DNA of 62,434 nt, the filler included, from an uncultured bacterium (GTDB taxonomy: Bacteria; DAOPZR01): NCBI GenBank assembly GCA_964637655.1. It is 11 parts of 11 records of this genome, joined end to end, with 100 filler letters (N's around TTAATTAATTAA, not from the genome) between each part and the next. Parts side by side here need not be neighbours in the genome. Positions count along the whole stretch, not along the records: positions 23,274 to 28,825 come from CAZWUZ010000251.1; positions 28,926 to 34,470 come from CAZWUZ010000252.1; positions 34,571 to 40,090 come from CAZWUZ010000253.1; 8 more parts are not named here. One strand, given 5' to 3'. Below are positions 28,618-38,068 of the stretch, piece by piece. The translations under genes and the position numbers were made by a program. Numbering within the stretch: the stretch's first letter is position 1; every line of letters begins with the position of its first letter. The notes below the pieces were generated by a model that saw nothing but the letters and a program-made list of their open reading frames with translations, was not told where the DNA came from and made no database searches.

Positions 28618-28640
28618 AAGCAGTTGATGTCAGATAAGGG

Positions 28641-28683
28641 AAAGCACACTGCCGGCTGATGTGAAAGCCGGCAGTGTGACTTT
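28641..28683. terminator. Hairpin, probable terminator
   Basis: 13-bp stem CACACTGCCGGCT/AGCCGGCAGTGTG flanked by short A and T runs. Confidence 0.6.
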
Positions 28684-28690
28684 ATGTTGG

Positions 28691-28825
28691 TTAGCGGCCG
28701 TTGCGACCGTTGTTGCTGTTGCCGTTGCTGTTGCCGTTGCTGTTGCCGTTGCTGCTGCTGTTGCCGTTGCTGCTGCTGTTGCCGTTGCTGCTGTTGCCGT
28801 TGCTGCTGTTGCCGTTGCTGCTGTT
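28691..28825 (-). CDS. C-terminal fragment of a protein ending in Asn/Ser/Gly repeats
   Basis: The minus frame reads (NSSNG)n...NNGRNGR-TAA, followed by the hairpin. Confidence 0.45.
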   Translation of the reverse strand, partial: NSSNGNSSNGNSSNGNSSSNGNSSSNGNSNGNSNGNSNNGRNGR

Positions 28826-28925
28826 NNNNNNNNNNNNNNNNNNNNNNNNNNNNNNNNNNNNNNNNNNNNTTAATTAATTAANNNNNNNNNNNNNNNNNNN
28901 NNNNNNNNNNNNNNNNNNNNNNNNN

Positions 28926-29112
28926 GACAACGGTCAACGAGCGCGTGCTGGCGGAGGCGCGCGCCGCGCGCGACGAACTGCACGCGGCGCAGCGTGACGT
29001 GTATGCCGGGTTCGTGCGCGAACAGGCGCGCGCGCTCGGCACGGTGACGGCGGAACACGAGACGACGGCCGCGGACGGCACCTACCGCCTCGCGCTGACC
29101 GTGCAGGTCTGA
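28926..29112 (+). CDS. C-terminal fragment of a probable FtsH-ternary-system protein
   Basis: ...RDELHAAQRDVYAGFVREQARALGTV...YRLALTVQV*; the GAGGAGG RBS of the next gene follows its stop. Confidence 0.6.
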
Positions 29113-29122
29113 GGAGGCGCAT

Positions 29123-31222
29123 ATGAGCCGGGTACTGCCCATCGGCGATCTGCCGCAGGAACTGACCCCGCAGCAGGCGGTGGCGGCGGGCTACAGCGCG
29201 GAACTGGCGCTGATCAGCGAGAAACTGCAGCATCGCCTGCCGGTGCTGATCGAATGCGAAAAGCAGCTCTTCGAATACGTCTACGCGCTGCTGCGCGAGC
29301 GGCTCAGTCCGCCCAACGGCGCGTGGAACCTGGCCCTGGTGGACGGGCGCGGCCTGCCGCAGCCGACGCTGCTCGGGCGCCTGACCGCGCACCTCGCGCA
29401 GGCGGTGCGCGCGGCGACCGGCGAACGGGAACTCATCGTCGTGCCGCATCTCGACCTGATGACGACCACCACGGAGAGCATGCTGACCGCGGAGGCGCGC
29501 GAGGTCATCTGCCTGCTCTACGAAAACCCCGAGGCGGTCTTTCTTGCCTTCAAGGACCCGTCGCTGTCGCTGCCGGCGGGGGTGCGCGACCTCTTTCCGG
29601 TGCGGGTCAACCTCTGCGGCATCCGGCGCGAGCGGCTGGCGCAACTCGTCCTGCAGCGCGAAGCGCGCAAATTCCACAACCGCGAGTTCAATCCGTTCGC
29701 GCTCTACAAGTACGTTTCGGGGCTCAATCCGGTGCGTCTGCGGCAGTTGCTCGGGCAGTTCGCCGACCGTGCCGACTGGACCCCGGAACACCCGGAGACC
29801 GGGGAACGCCTGGTGCGCGACATCCGCACGTACACCGCCGGGGCGCAATTCGAGATGCCGAACATCGATATCGAACGTGACATCGGCGGCTATACCGCGG
29901 TGAAACGTCACCTGCGCGACGAACTGCTGGCCGTCATCCGGCGGCGCGACGCGCTGACGGACGAGCGCGCCATCAGTGCGGTGGAACAACTGGTGCCCAA
30001 CGGCATCATCTTCTGGGGGCCGCCCGGCACCGGCAAAACCATGTTTGCCAAGGCGCTGGCGACGGCGCTCGACGCGGTGGTGCTCGTGGTCAGCGGCCCG
30101 GAACTGAAAAGCAAGTGGTACGGCGAGACGGAGGAGAATATCCGGCGGCTCTTCCGCCAGGCGCGGGCCAATGCGCCGGCGGTGATCATTTTCGACGAAC
30201 TCGATGCCATCGCCGCGCGGCGCGGCGAGGACGCGGGGGGGCGGCTGAACAACTCGGTGGTCAACCAGCTGCTGACGGAACTCGACGGGTTCCGCGGCGA
30301 GGAGTCGGTGCTGGTGGTCGGCACGACCAACTACCTCGAGGGGCTCGACCCGGCGCTGCTGCGCCCCGGGCGGTTCGAATTCCATATCCACGTCCCCTAC
30401 CCGGACGCCGACGACCGGCGCGCCATCATCGACGTCTACCGGCGTTCGCTGCACCTGCACTGCGACGAGGCGGCGCTCGACCACCTCGTGCGGCGGACCG
30501 CCGGCCCGGTACCCGGCGCGGCCGCCTCGCGCTACACCGGCGACCATCTCTGCGCGCTGATGCGCGCGCTCAAGCGCGAGGAATTGCGGCGAGGCGAGCC
30601 GCTGACGGTGACCCCGGCGGAAATCGACGCCGCGCTGCGGCGCCAGCGGCCGGCGGCGCCGGCGGCGACCCCGCAGGAGCGCGAGGTCATCGCGCTGCAC
30701 GAGGCGGGGCACGCGGTGCTCTGCGTGCTCATCCCGCACGCGCCCGCCATCGACCGCGTGGTGGTCGGCGAGGCGGGTGAAGACGCGGTCGGCGCGGTCA
30801 TCAACCGCGCGCGCGACAACCAGTACGTGCTGACGCGCGCGGAACTGCAGGCCTATCTCGCCGTCTGCCTCGGCGGCCTGCTGGCCGAGGAACTGCTCGG
30901 CGCCGCTATTCCGGCGGGGGCGCGGCAGGACCTGGCGGCCGCCCACCGGCTGGCGCGGCTGATGGCGGGCGAACTCGGCATGGCGGAAGGGACCTTCCCG
31001 CTCCCCAACGGCGAGCAGGGGGTGCGCGACCTGGGGAGCGCGGCGCATGACGCGTTCGACGCGGCGGTGCACGTGCTGGTCGACGCGCAGCGGCAGCGGG
31101 CGCGCGCGCTGCTCACGGAGCGGCGGGCGACGGTGCAGGCGCTGGCCCGCGAACTCTCGGCGCGGGGCGAACTGCAGGCGGACGAAGTGACACGCATCGT
31201 CCGGGAAACGGAGTCGGGCTGA
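29123..31222 (+). CDS. Soluble AAA+ ATPase with an FtsH-type M41 peptidase domain
   Basis: GPPGTGKT, SKWYG pore loop, IIFDE, LDPALLRPGRF; HEAGH, LGGLLAEE, GARQD; no TM helix. Confidence 0.9.
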   Translation: MSRVLPIGDLPQELTPQQAVAAGYSAELALISEKLQHRLPVLIECEKQLFEYVYALLRERLSPPNGAWNLALVDGRGLPQPTLLGRLTAHLAQAVRAATGERELIVVPHLDLMTTTTESMLTAEAREVICLLYENPEAVFLAFKDPSLSLPAGVRDLFPVRVNLCGIRRERLAQLVLQREARKFHNREFNPFALYKYVSGLNPVRLRQLLGQFADRADWTPEHPETGERLVRDIRTYTAGAQFEMPNIDIERDIGGYTAVKRHLRDELLAVIRRRDALTDERAISAVEQLVPNGIIFWGPPGTGKTMFAKALATALDAVVLVVSGPELKSKWYGETEENIRRLFRQARANAPAVIIFDELDAIAARRGEDAGGRLNNSVVNQLLTELDGFRGEESVLVVGTTNYLEGLDPALLRPGRFEFHIHVPYPDADDRRAIIDVYRRSLHLHCDEAALDHLVRRTAGPVPGAAASRYTGDHLCALMRALKREELRRGEPLTVTPAEIDAALRRQRPAAPAATPQEREVIALHEAGHAVLCVLIPHAPAIDRVVVGEAGEDAVGAVINRARDNQYVLTRAELQAYLAVCLGGLLAEELLGAAIPAGARQDLAAAHRLARLMAGELGMAEGTFPLPNGEQGVRDLGSAAHDAFDAAVHVLVDAQRQRARALLTERRATVQALARELSARGELQADEVTRIVRETESG

Positions 31223-31488
31223 TGGCCGGCGAAGTGCAGATCGAACTGGTGCATAACCCGCATACCGGGCGCATCGACATCATCGTCGATTACCGCTCCC
31301 CGGCCTCGGCAACACAGCGCGAGCACGAGGCGGTGCATCGCCGCATCGTCGCCACCCTGCTCGGCAGCGGCGTGCTGCAGCCCGGGCAGGAGGGCGTGGT
31401 CATCGAGCGCGGCAGCACCCCGGCGGGCGCGGCGGCAGCGCCCGCGGAACAGCCGCAGCAGCCGACCGGACAGCAGCAGGGCCAGTGA
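31222..31488 (+). CDS. Small protein (FtsH-ternary-system-like)
   Basis: TGATG coupling; NPHTGRIDIIVDY...EHEAVHRRIV motif. Confidence 0.7.
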   Translation: MAGEVQIELVHNPHTGRIDIIVDYRSPASATQREHEAVHRRIVATLLGSGVLQPGQEGVVIERGSTPAGAAAAPAEQPQQPTGQQQGQ

Positions 31489-34469
31489 CGTACCAGCTGG
31501 CGTTTCCCCACGCGCACGCCTGGCGGCGGTTCGTGGTGCTGGCCGCGCGCCTGCTCCCGGCCGCGACCTGGCAGGTGGCGCGCGCGGCTGACGGCGGCTA
31601 TGCCGTGCGCGTGACGACCGCAGTTGCGCCGGGCGCGGAGGCGCAGGCGCTGCTCGACGGGCATGCCCTGCCCCGCGCGCAGCGGGCGGCGGCGGAGCGC
31701 GCGCTGGCGGAAGTGGCGCCGGCGGACAATCTCGCCGCGCTGTTCGCCCCGGAACCGGTCGACGGCATCGCGGATGCCTACCTGTTCGGTACCGCTGACC
31801 CGGCGGTGTATGCCGCGCTGACGGAACTGCTGCTCGATTTCGGCTGTCGCGACCTGCACCTCGCCGCGCTGGCAGCGCCGCTGGCGGGGCAGACGCTTTT
31901 TATCCGCGCGCAGCAGCCGAAACAGTACGTGCTCGCCCGCTGCCGGCGCGACTGGCCGGCAACGCTCATCCTGCAGCAGGACCGCCTGACGCCCGGGGTC
32001 TGGACCCCGCCGGGCACGGCGCATCCGCTGGCGGAATGCATCCCGGCCGCGGCGCACGACTGTCTTATTCTCGCCGACGGGACCTGGCATACGCTGCCGC
32101 CGCGCGCGTGGCATGATGCGGCGGCGAAGGTGGAATCGCGGCTTCCCTGCGCGCTACCGGAGGTGGCGGCACTGCCGGAACCGCCGTCGGTGCCGGTGAC
32201 CCTGCGGCTGCGGCCGCAGGCGGAAGGGCAGGCGGCACCCGAACTCTGGTTGCTGCGCGATCTGACGGCACTGCGCACGCTGGCCGGGTGGCTGGGCGAT
32301 ACCGCGCTGGCGCGGTTCGACCTGGCGGCGGTGCGCGCGGCGGATGGTGCGGTCCGTTATGTCCTGCGCGAACATATCCTGCACGAAGGCGGGTCGCTGC
32401 TTGCCGCGGCGACCGCGCTCGTCGCGTACGTGCCGCACCCCGCGCTGGCGCAGGTCTACCTGCCGGCCGGGGTGCGGCTCTTCCCGCCGCTGCGGCAGGA
32501 CACGCTGGCGCGCGTGCTCGGACTGCGCGGCAGCGACCTGTGCGTGCTGGAACCGGACGGCGAAACCATCACCGCGTGGCGCATCCCGCAACGTCTCTTC
32601 GGGCCGCTCGTGCGGCTGGCCGATTACGAACTGGCGCTGCAGGAAGCGCGGGCGGAGGAACTGGCGAGCGGCTTCGCGCTGCGGTTGCGGCGCTACGCGT
32701 CGCTGCTGCCGGCAGAGCGGCGTCTGCGCCCGGTGACGGAAGCGGCGGCGGGCGCGCGCGCGGTCGTGGAGAGCGCCCCTGCGGCGCTCCCCGATATCCC
32801 GGTCTACTACGCGCCGGAAGAGGCGGAGACAGAAGCGCCCGCGAGCGCAGTGGTAGCGGCGCGCTACGAACCGCTGCCGGAACAACTCGGCGCCATCCTC
32901 GAACGACTGGTGTGCGAGGGGCAGCATGCCCCCGGCTGGCTGGCGCTGGCCGACTGGTTCCGCGCGCAGCGCCGGCATGGCGAATGGCAGTACTGCTTCC
33001 TGCAGTATCTCTGGCAGGTGCCGGTAGCGCGACTCATCGAGGTGGTGCGCGCGGCAGTGCCGCTTCCCGCGGCGGAAAGCGACTGGGCCAACCTGACGGC
33101 TGCCGGACGGGCCACTGACGTGTTGCCGCTGCTGTCGCTGCTGCGCCGCGCGCTCGAAGGTCCCCTGCCCGACGCCGCCTGGTGGCAGGCGGGCTACGCC
33201 TGCCTGCGGGCGCGCGAGGCGGACCTGCCGCTGAAAGCAGCCGTGCTGCTCTGGTCGCTCTTTCTGCGCGCGACGCACGACGATGTCGAGCGCGAGCATC
33301 ACGCGCAGCGTGCTCATGAGCGGCTGGCGCGCGAGGGGCAGCAGGCGCTGGCGGCGCCGCCGTTCCTGCTGCGCGAACTGCTGGCCCGGGCGCAGGCGCA
33401 TCAGGCGGGGACGCTCGAGGAACTGCTGGCCACGGTCGGCACGCGCGTGGCGAAACTGACCGTCCCGGAACTGCGTGCCGGCGGGCAGGCGGTACTCGCC
33501 TACATGCATGCTTTCCGCGGCGAGAATGACGTCGCGCTGCAACTGCTCACCACCGCACTGGCGGGCGCGAAAGGGGGCACGCTGGCGCTCTACGTGCGCC
33601 GCTACGCGCTGGCGCTGGAGAAACTGGCGGGACTGCAGGTGCTCGGCCCCGGCGAGGTGCAGCAGCAACTGGCGCAACTCGGCCGCCTGGCTGCGGGCGG
33701 GAAGGTGGCCGGCGAACTGCTCGAGACGCGCTGGCATGCCGAGCAGTCGTTCGACCGGGTCTTCGATGAACTGATCGAGACGCGCATCAACCTGCAGGCC
33801 GATGACCAGGCCGCGGTGGCCTATCGGGCGGAACTCGAAAAAGGTGGCTTTGCTGACACAGAGCAGCGGGCAACGCTGCGGTCGAAACTGACGGACCGGG
33901 TGACCAATGCGGCAGGCGACGCACTGCGGCTGCAGTATATCGACGATTACCTCGCGGCGGCTGAGCGGCAACTCGGTGCGGACGGGCGGGAAACAGTCAT
34001 TGCCGAGGCGGAGGCCGCACTGCGGTTGCGCGGTTTCACCGAGCCGTTCTACGCCACGCAACGGCATCTCGTGGTGGCCGGGGTGCTCTGCCGGCAACTG
34101 GCCTTCGCCCGCGCGCACGCACTCCTTGACGAGGTGCTGCAGCGCCTGCCGGCGGCCGGGGTCGACCGTACCGACAGCATCGCCGGGATGGCCGGGGTGG
34201 TCGGCTACCTGCCGTCGGAAGAGCGCCTGACGCTGCTGACCCGGTTGCTCGACCTGCTGCATGCCGACCTGCGGCAGTACAGCACGCACGGGTTCGAGCC
34301 GACGGTGGTGCTCAACACCCTCGATGTGCTGCTCTGGGCGGCGCTGACACAGGCGCAGTATGCCGGCAACCTGCTGCGCCGCTATTACCGGGAAGAGGAA
34401 CAACTGCTGCGCCGCTGGCTGCAGCAGGAGAGCCGCGGCTGCCGTGCGCGCGGCGAAGGAGAGGACTGA
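31485..34469 (+). CDS. Large 994-aa protein (FtsH-ternary-system-like N-terminus, helical C-terminus)
   Basis: GTGA coupling; W.P.G..HPL and YLP.G.RL.PPLR motifs. Confidence 0.7.
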   Translation: MTYQLAFPHAHAWRRFVVLAARLLPAATWQVARAADGGYAVRVTTAVAPGAEAQALLDGHALPRAQRAAAERALAEVAPADNLAALFAPEPVDGIADAYLFGTADPAVYAALTELLLDFGCRDLHLAALAAPLAGQTLFIRAQQPKQYVLARCRRDWPATLILQQDRLTPGVWTPPGTAHPLAECIPAAAHDCLILADGTWHTLPPRAWHDAAAKVESRLPCALPEVAALPEPPSVPVTLRLRPQAEGQAAPELWLLRDLTALRTLAGWLGDTALARFDLAAVRAADGAVRYVLREHILHEGGSLLAAATALVAYVPHPALAQVYLPAGVRLFPPLRQDTLARVLGLRGSDLCVLEPDGETITAWRIPQRLFGPLVRLADYELALQEARAEELASGFALRLRRYASLLPAERRLRPVTEAAAGARAVVESAPAALPDIPVYYAPEEAETEAPASAVVAARYEPLPEQLGAILERLVCEGQHAPGWLALADWFRAQRRHGEWQYCFLQYLWQVPVARLIEVVRAAVPLPAAESDWANLTAAGRATDVLPLLSLLRRALEGPLPDAAWWQAGYACLRAREADLPLKAAVLLWSLFLRATHDDVEREHHAQRAHERLAREGQQALAAPPFLLRELLARAQAHQAGTLEELLATVGTRVAKLTVPELRAGGQAVLAYMHAFRGENDVALQLLTTALAGAKGGTLALYVRRYALALEKLAGLQVLGPGEVQQQLAQLGRLAAGGKVAGELLETRWHAEQSFDRVFDELIETRINLQADDQAAVAYRAELEKGGFADTEQRATLRSKLTDRVTNAAGDALRLQYIDDYLAAAERQLGADGRETVIAEAEAALRLRGFTEPFYATQRHLVVAGVLCRQLAFARAHALLDEVLQRLPAAGVDRTDSIAGMAGVVGYLPSEERLTLLTRLLDLLHADLRQYSTHGFEPTVVLNTLDVLLWAALTQAQYAGNLLRRYYREEEQLLRRWLQQESRGCRARGEGED

Positions 34470-34570
34470 TNNNNNNNNNNNNNNNNNNNNNNNNNNNNNN
34501 NNNNNNNNNNNNNNTTAATTAATTAANNNNNNNNNNNNNNNNNNNNNNNNNNNNNNNNNNNNNNNNNNNN

Positions 34571-35716
34571 CGTTATCGGCGGCGGCAGGGACGTGACGAC
34601 GGTCAGGCGCTCCCCGACGCGGTCACTGTCATCGGCGGCTACCATGCGACCCCGCTGCCGGAGCAGACGCTGCGGGAGTTCCCGTGCTTCAATTATGCGG
34701 TAGCCGGCGAGGGGGAACTGCCGCTGGCCGCACTGCTGGCCGGGACGGCCCCGGCGCAGATACCCGGGCTGGCGTACCGCGATGGCGGGCGCATCGTCGT
34801 CAATCCGCCCGGTCCGGTCATCAGCGAACTCGATACGCTCCCCTTCCCTGCGTTCGACCTGCTTCCCGTCTCGGACTACTACATCCTCACCACGGGGCGC
34901 GGCTGCCCCTTTGCCTGCCCCTTCTGTCTCAATATGCACGGACGGCAGGTGCGCACGCGCGACCCGCACGCCGTGGCGCAGTTTCTCGACGAACTGGTGA
35001 CGCGCTACTGCCCGCGCGAACTGATGTTCGGCAACGAGAATTTTTTCCTTGACGCTGCGCGGCCCGCGCTGCTGCTCACCGAACTTGCCAAGGGGGATTT
35101 TGCGGCGCGCACGCGCTGGCAGGCACAGACCCATGTCGGCACCATCACCCCGGAGTTGCTGATGCTGGCCAAACGCGCCGGCTGCTACAAACTGGCGTTC
35201 GGGGTCGAAACCGGCAGCGACGCGCTGCTTGCAGCGCTCGGCAAGGGACTCGACAAGGAGCGCATCCGCGCGGCAGTGCGCATGACGAAAGCGGCGGGGA
35301 TCGAGGTCGAACTCAATGTCGTGCTCGGCCTGCCGGGCGAAACAGCGCAGTCGCTGCGTGATACCGTCGATTTTCTCGTCGAGCTCAACCCAACGCTCCC
35401 TGCCATCGGCATCATGGTCCCCTACCCGGGCACCGCCGTGGCTGGCATGGCCGCGCGCGGCGAGGGTGGCTACCGCCTGCGCGACGCTCCGTGGTCCGCC
35501 TACAACAAGCAACTGGGCGACGCGCTGGAGTTCACGCATCTTTCGCGCCGCGACCTTGAGCGCTGGCAGCTGCGCGGGTATGTATCCACGTACGTGAAGA
35601 ACGGGCGCTGGCTCGATTTCGCCCGTTTCTGCCTCCGTTACCGCCGCGAGGCGCTCGCCTTCCTGCAGCATCACTTACCTGCTGCCCGCCCCGCACCGTC
35701 TTCCGCTCTACCGTAA
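34571..35716 (+). CDS. B12-binding radical SAM protein (5' truncated)
   Basis: The frame is open from the contig start: GGYHAT, GEGE, RGCPFACPFC, GVETG, PYPGT. Confidence 0.9.
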   Translation, partial: RYRRRQGRDDGQALPDAVTVIGGYHATPLPEQTLREFPCFNYAVAGEGELPLAALLAGTAPAQIPGLAYRDGGRIVVNPPGPVISELDTLPFPAFDLLPVSDYYILTTGRGCPFACPFCLNMHGRQVRTRDPHAVAQFLDELVTRYCPRELMFGNENFFLDAARPALLLTELAKGDFAARTRWQAQTHVGTITPELLMLAKRAGCYKLAFGVETGSDALLAALGKGLDKERIRAAVRMTKAAGIEVELNVVLGLPGETAQSLRDTVDFLVELNPTLPAIGIMVPYPGTAVAGMAARGEGGYRLRDAPWSAYNKQLGDALEFTHLSRRDLERWQLRGYVSTYVKNGRWLDFARFCLRYRREALAFLQHHLPAARPAPSSALP

Positions 35717-35811
35717 AACAGACGTGTGTATTTTACGGTGCATCGTAAAAAACTACGATTCTATAACGTAAACCTTTCCTGCATACCTAACGGACCTGCA
35801 GCAGATTGCTG

Positions 35812-35861
35812 TTGACAAAACCGTCAAATCATGCTACAATAAGAGTGCTAATAGAGTGTTA
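35812..35861 (+). promoter_or_regulatory. Sigma70 promoter followed by an 11-bp-period direct repeat
   Basis: TTGACA-17-TACAAT; AGAGTG(C/T)TA at 35842 and 35853. Confidence 0.65.
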
Positions 35862-35873
35862 TTGGAGGTTGTT

Positions 35874-36089
35874 ATGAGCGAAAAGAAGGTGACGATCAAG
35901 ATACCGCAGCAGCTATATCACGCTCTCTCACAACAGATTGAGGGAACTGGCTTCGCCTCGGTCACCGAGTTCATTGTCTATGTCATGCGCGATATCGCTG
36001 CCTCTGGCAAACTCGATGGCGATCCTGCCCTCACCAAGCGTGAAGTCGAGCTGATCAAGCAGCGCCTCAAGGCGCTCGGATACATTTAG
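35874..36089 (+). CDS. CopG/ribbon-helix-helix protein
   Basis: VTIKIP..LY...IEGTGF.SV.EFI...R; ends RLKALGYI; GGAGG RBS. Confidence 0.85.
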   Translation: MSEKKVTIKIPQQLYHALSQQIEGTGFASVTEFIVYVMRDIAASGKLDGDPALTKREVELIKQRLKALGYI

Positions 36090-36117
36090 CGGTGCCAGGC
36101 ACTCAACTAATGGAATA

Positions 36118-37086
36118 ATGGAGATCTCAGTGAATACACTACTGGTGTCCGGGATAAAATACCGGATTTTTTCTGTCGCGCTCTGCTGTCTCTCCCTGCT
36201 GTACATGCTGGCCGCCTGTGGCGGCGCGCAGCAGCAGGAAGTCATCACCATCTCCGGTGCCTGGGCACTCTACCCGCTGGCACAGAAGTGGGCCACCGCC
36301 TATCAGGCAGCGCACCCCGGCGTCCGTATCGACATTTCCGGCGGGGGCGCCGGCAAGGGGATGACCGATGCGCTCACCGGCACCGTCGATCTCGGCATGG
36401 TCTCGCGCGCCATCAAGCCGGAAGAAACCGCGCAGGGCGCCCTTGCTTTCCCCGTCGCGAAAGACGCCGTCGTCGCCACCATGCATCCTGCCAACCCGGA
36501 AGCAGCGCGCCTGCGCACCACCGGCGTCACGCGCGACCAGCTGGCCGGGCTCTATGCCGGCAGCCGCGGGCACTGGGATGCCGCCGGCACGCATGCGGTC
36601 AACCTCTTCACCCGCGCCGACGCCTGCGGCGCCGCGCAGGTCTGGGCGGATTTTCTCGGGCTGCGCGCGCAGGAGGCGCTGAAGGGTACCGGCGTCAGCG
36701 GCGACCCGGGGATGGCGGAGGCGGTCGGCCGCGACAGGTTCGCGCTTGGCTACAACAATATCGGCTTTGCCTACGACCCGCAGACACGCCTGCCCTACCC
36801 GACGCTGCTCGTCGTCCCGCTCGACCTCGACAACAGCGGCAGCATCACCCCCGACGAGGATTTCTACGGCACGCTTGACACGCTCGTGGCGGCAATCAAT
36901 GCGGGGAAATACCCGTCCCCGCCGGCGCGCGACCTCTATTTTGTCAGCAGAGGCAAGCCAGCCCGTCCCGCCGTCGCTGATTTCCTGCGCTGGGTGATGA
37001 CTGACGGGCAGGCGCTGGTCGGCAGTGCCGGTTTCGTGCAGCTGCCAGCCGCGACCGTCGCCGTCGCCCGGGCGCACCTCGACTAG
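36118..37086 (+). CDS. pstS: Phosphate ABC transporter substrate-binding lipoprotein
   Basis: LAAC lipobox, ISGAWALYP, GGAGKG, GMVSR; start uncertain. Confidence 0.9.
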   Translation: MEISVNTLLVSGIKYRIFSVALCCLSLLYMLAACGGAQQQEVITISGAWALYPLAQKWATAYQAAHPGVRIDISGGGAGKGMTDALTGTVDLGMVSRAIKPEETAQGALAFPVAKDAVVATMHPANPEAARLRTTGVTRDQLAGLYAGSRGHWDAAGTHAVNLFTRADACGAAQVWADFLGLRAQEALKGTGVSGDPGMAEAVGRDRFALGYNNIGFAYDPQTRLPYPTLLVVPLDLDNSGSITPDEDFYGTLDTLVAAINAGKYPSPPARDLYFVSRGKPARPAVADFLRWVMTDGQALVGSAGFVQLPAATVAVARAHLD

Positions 37087-37087
37087 C

Positions 37088-37984
37088 ATGCTGGCGCTGC
37101 TGCGCGGGCGGGGCGAGCGCTATTTTCTCACCGTCATCCGGGCGCTGACCGCGCTGCTCCTGCTCGCCGCGCTGCTGCTCGTCCTGCTCCTCGTCGTCCG
37201 CGCGCTGCCGCTGCTGCAGACACAGTCGCTCACCGCGCTGCTGCTGGGCACAACCTGGCTGCCCGCCGACGGACAGTTCGGCTTTTTGCCCTTCATCGCC
37301 GGCACGCTGGCAGTTACCGCCGGCGCGCTGCTGGTTGCCGTGCCGCTCGGCCTCCTCTCCGCCATTCACCTCGCGGAATTCGCCCTGCCCCGCACCCGCC
37401 GCGTCGTGCTGCCGTGCATCGACATCCTTGCCGGCATCCCGTCGGTGGTCTTCGGTCTCTTCGGCATTATCGTGCTGGTGCCGCTGGTGCGCGACGTCAT
37501 CGCTCCCGCCGTCGGCGTCGCCAGCGACGGCTACTGTCTGCTGACCGGCGCCCTCGTCCTCGCGCTGATGGTCCTGCCCGTCATCATCGCGCTCGCGGTG
37601 GAAGTGCTGCGCGGCATCCCGCGCGAACTGCGCCTCGCTTCGCGCGCGCTCGGCGTCCCCGCCTGGGCAACCGTGCAGCGCATCGTGCTGCGCGCCGCTG
37701 CGCCGCAGCTGGGCGCCGTGCTGGTGCTCGCTTTCGGCCGCGCCGCGGGCGAGACGATGGCGGTGCTCATGGTCGCGGGCAATGTCGTGCAGTTCCCGGG
37801 TTCACCCTTCGCCGCCGTCTACCCGCTCCCCGCGCTCATCGCCAACAATTACGGCGAGATGATGTCCATCCCCGCCTATGACAGCGCGCTCCTCTTCGCC
37901 GCGCTGCTGCTGCTGCTCATCGTCGGCAGTTCTGTCACCGCGGCCCGCTGGTCGCTGGCACGCCTGCGCGCCCGGGTCGCCTGA
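37088..37984 (+). CDS. pstC: Phosphate ABC transporter permease
   Basis: FGFLPFIAGT, LAGIPSVVFG, GRAAGETMAV. Confidence 0.92.
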   Translation: MLALLRGRGERYFLTVIRALTALLLLAALLLVLLLVVRALPLLQTQSLTALLLGTTWLPADGQFGFLPFIAGTLAVTAGALLVAVPLGLLSAIHLAEFALPRTRRVVLPCIDILAGIPSVVFGLFGIIVLVPLVRDVIAPAVGVASDGYCLLTGALVLALMVLPVIIALAVEVLRGIPRELRLASRALGVPAWATVQRIVLRAAAPQLGAVLVLAFGRAAGETMAVLMVAGNVVQFPGSPFAAVYPLPALIANNYGEMMSIPAYDSALLFAALLLLLIVGSSVTAARWSLARLRARVA

Positions 37985-38068
37985 CATGCCCCCCACTCTT
38001 TTCCAGTTCATTTCATATTTTCCGTGTGCTCCGTGTGCTCCGTGGTTGCCTGCTGTTGGTGTCGTCCG

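Noticed and set aside
28661-28881. Plus-strand poly-Ala/Val and poly-Cys ORFs
   Set aside because: These are alternative readings of a simple repeat. The minus-strand Asn/Ser/Gly frame with a stop and hairpin is more plausible.
35825-35851. CIRCE element (GAGTGCTAA)
   Set aside because: Only the right arm is present; there is no TTAGCACTC 9 nt upstream.
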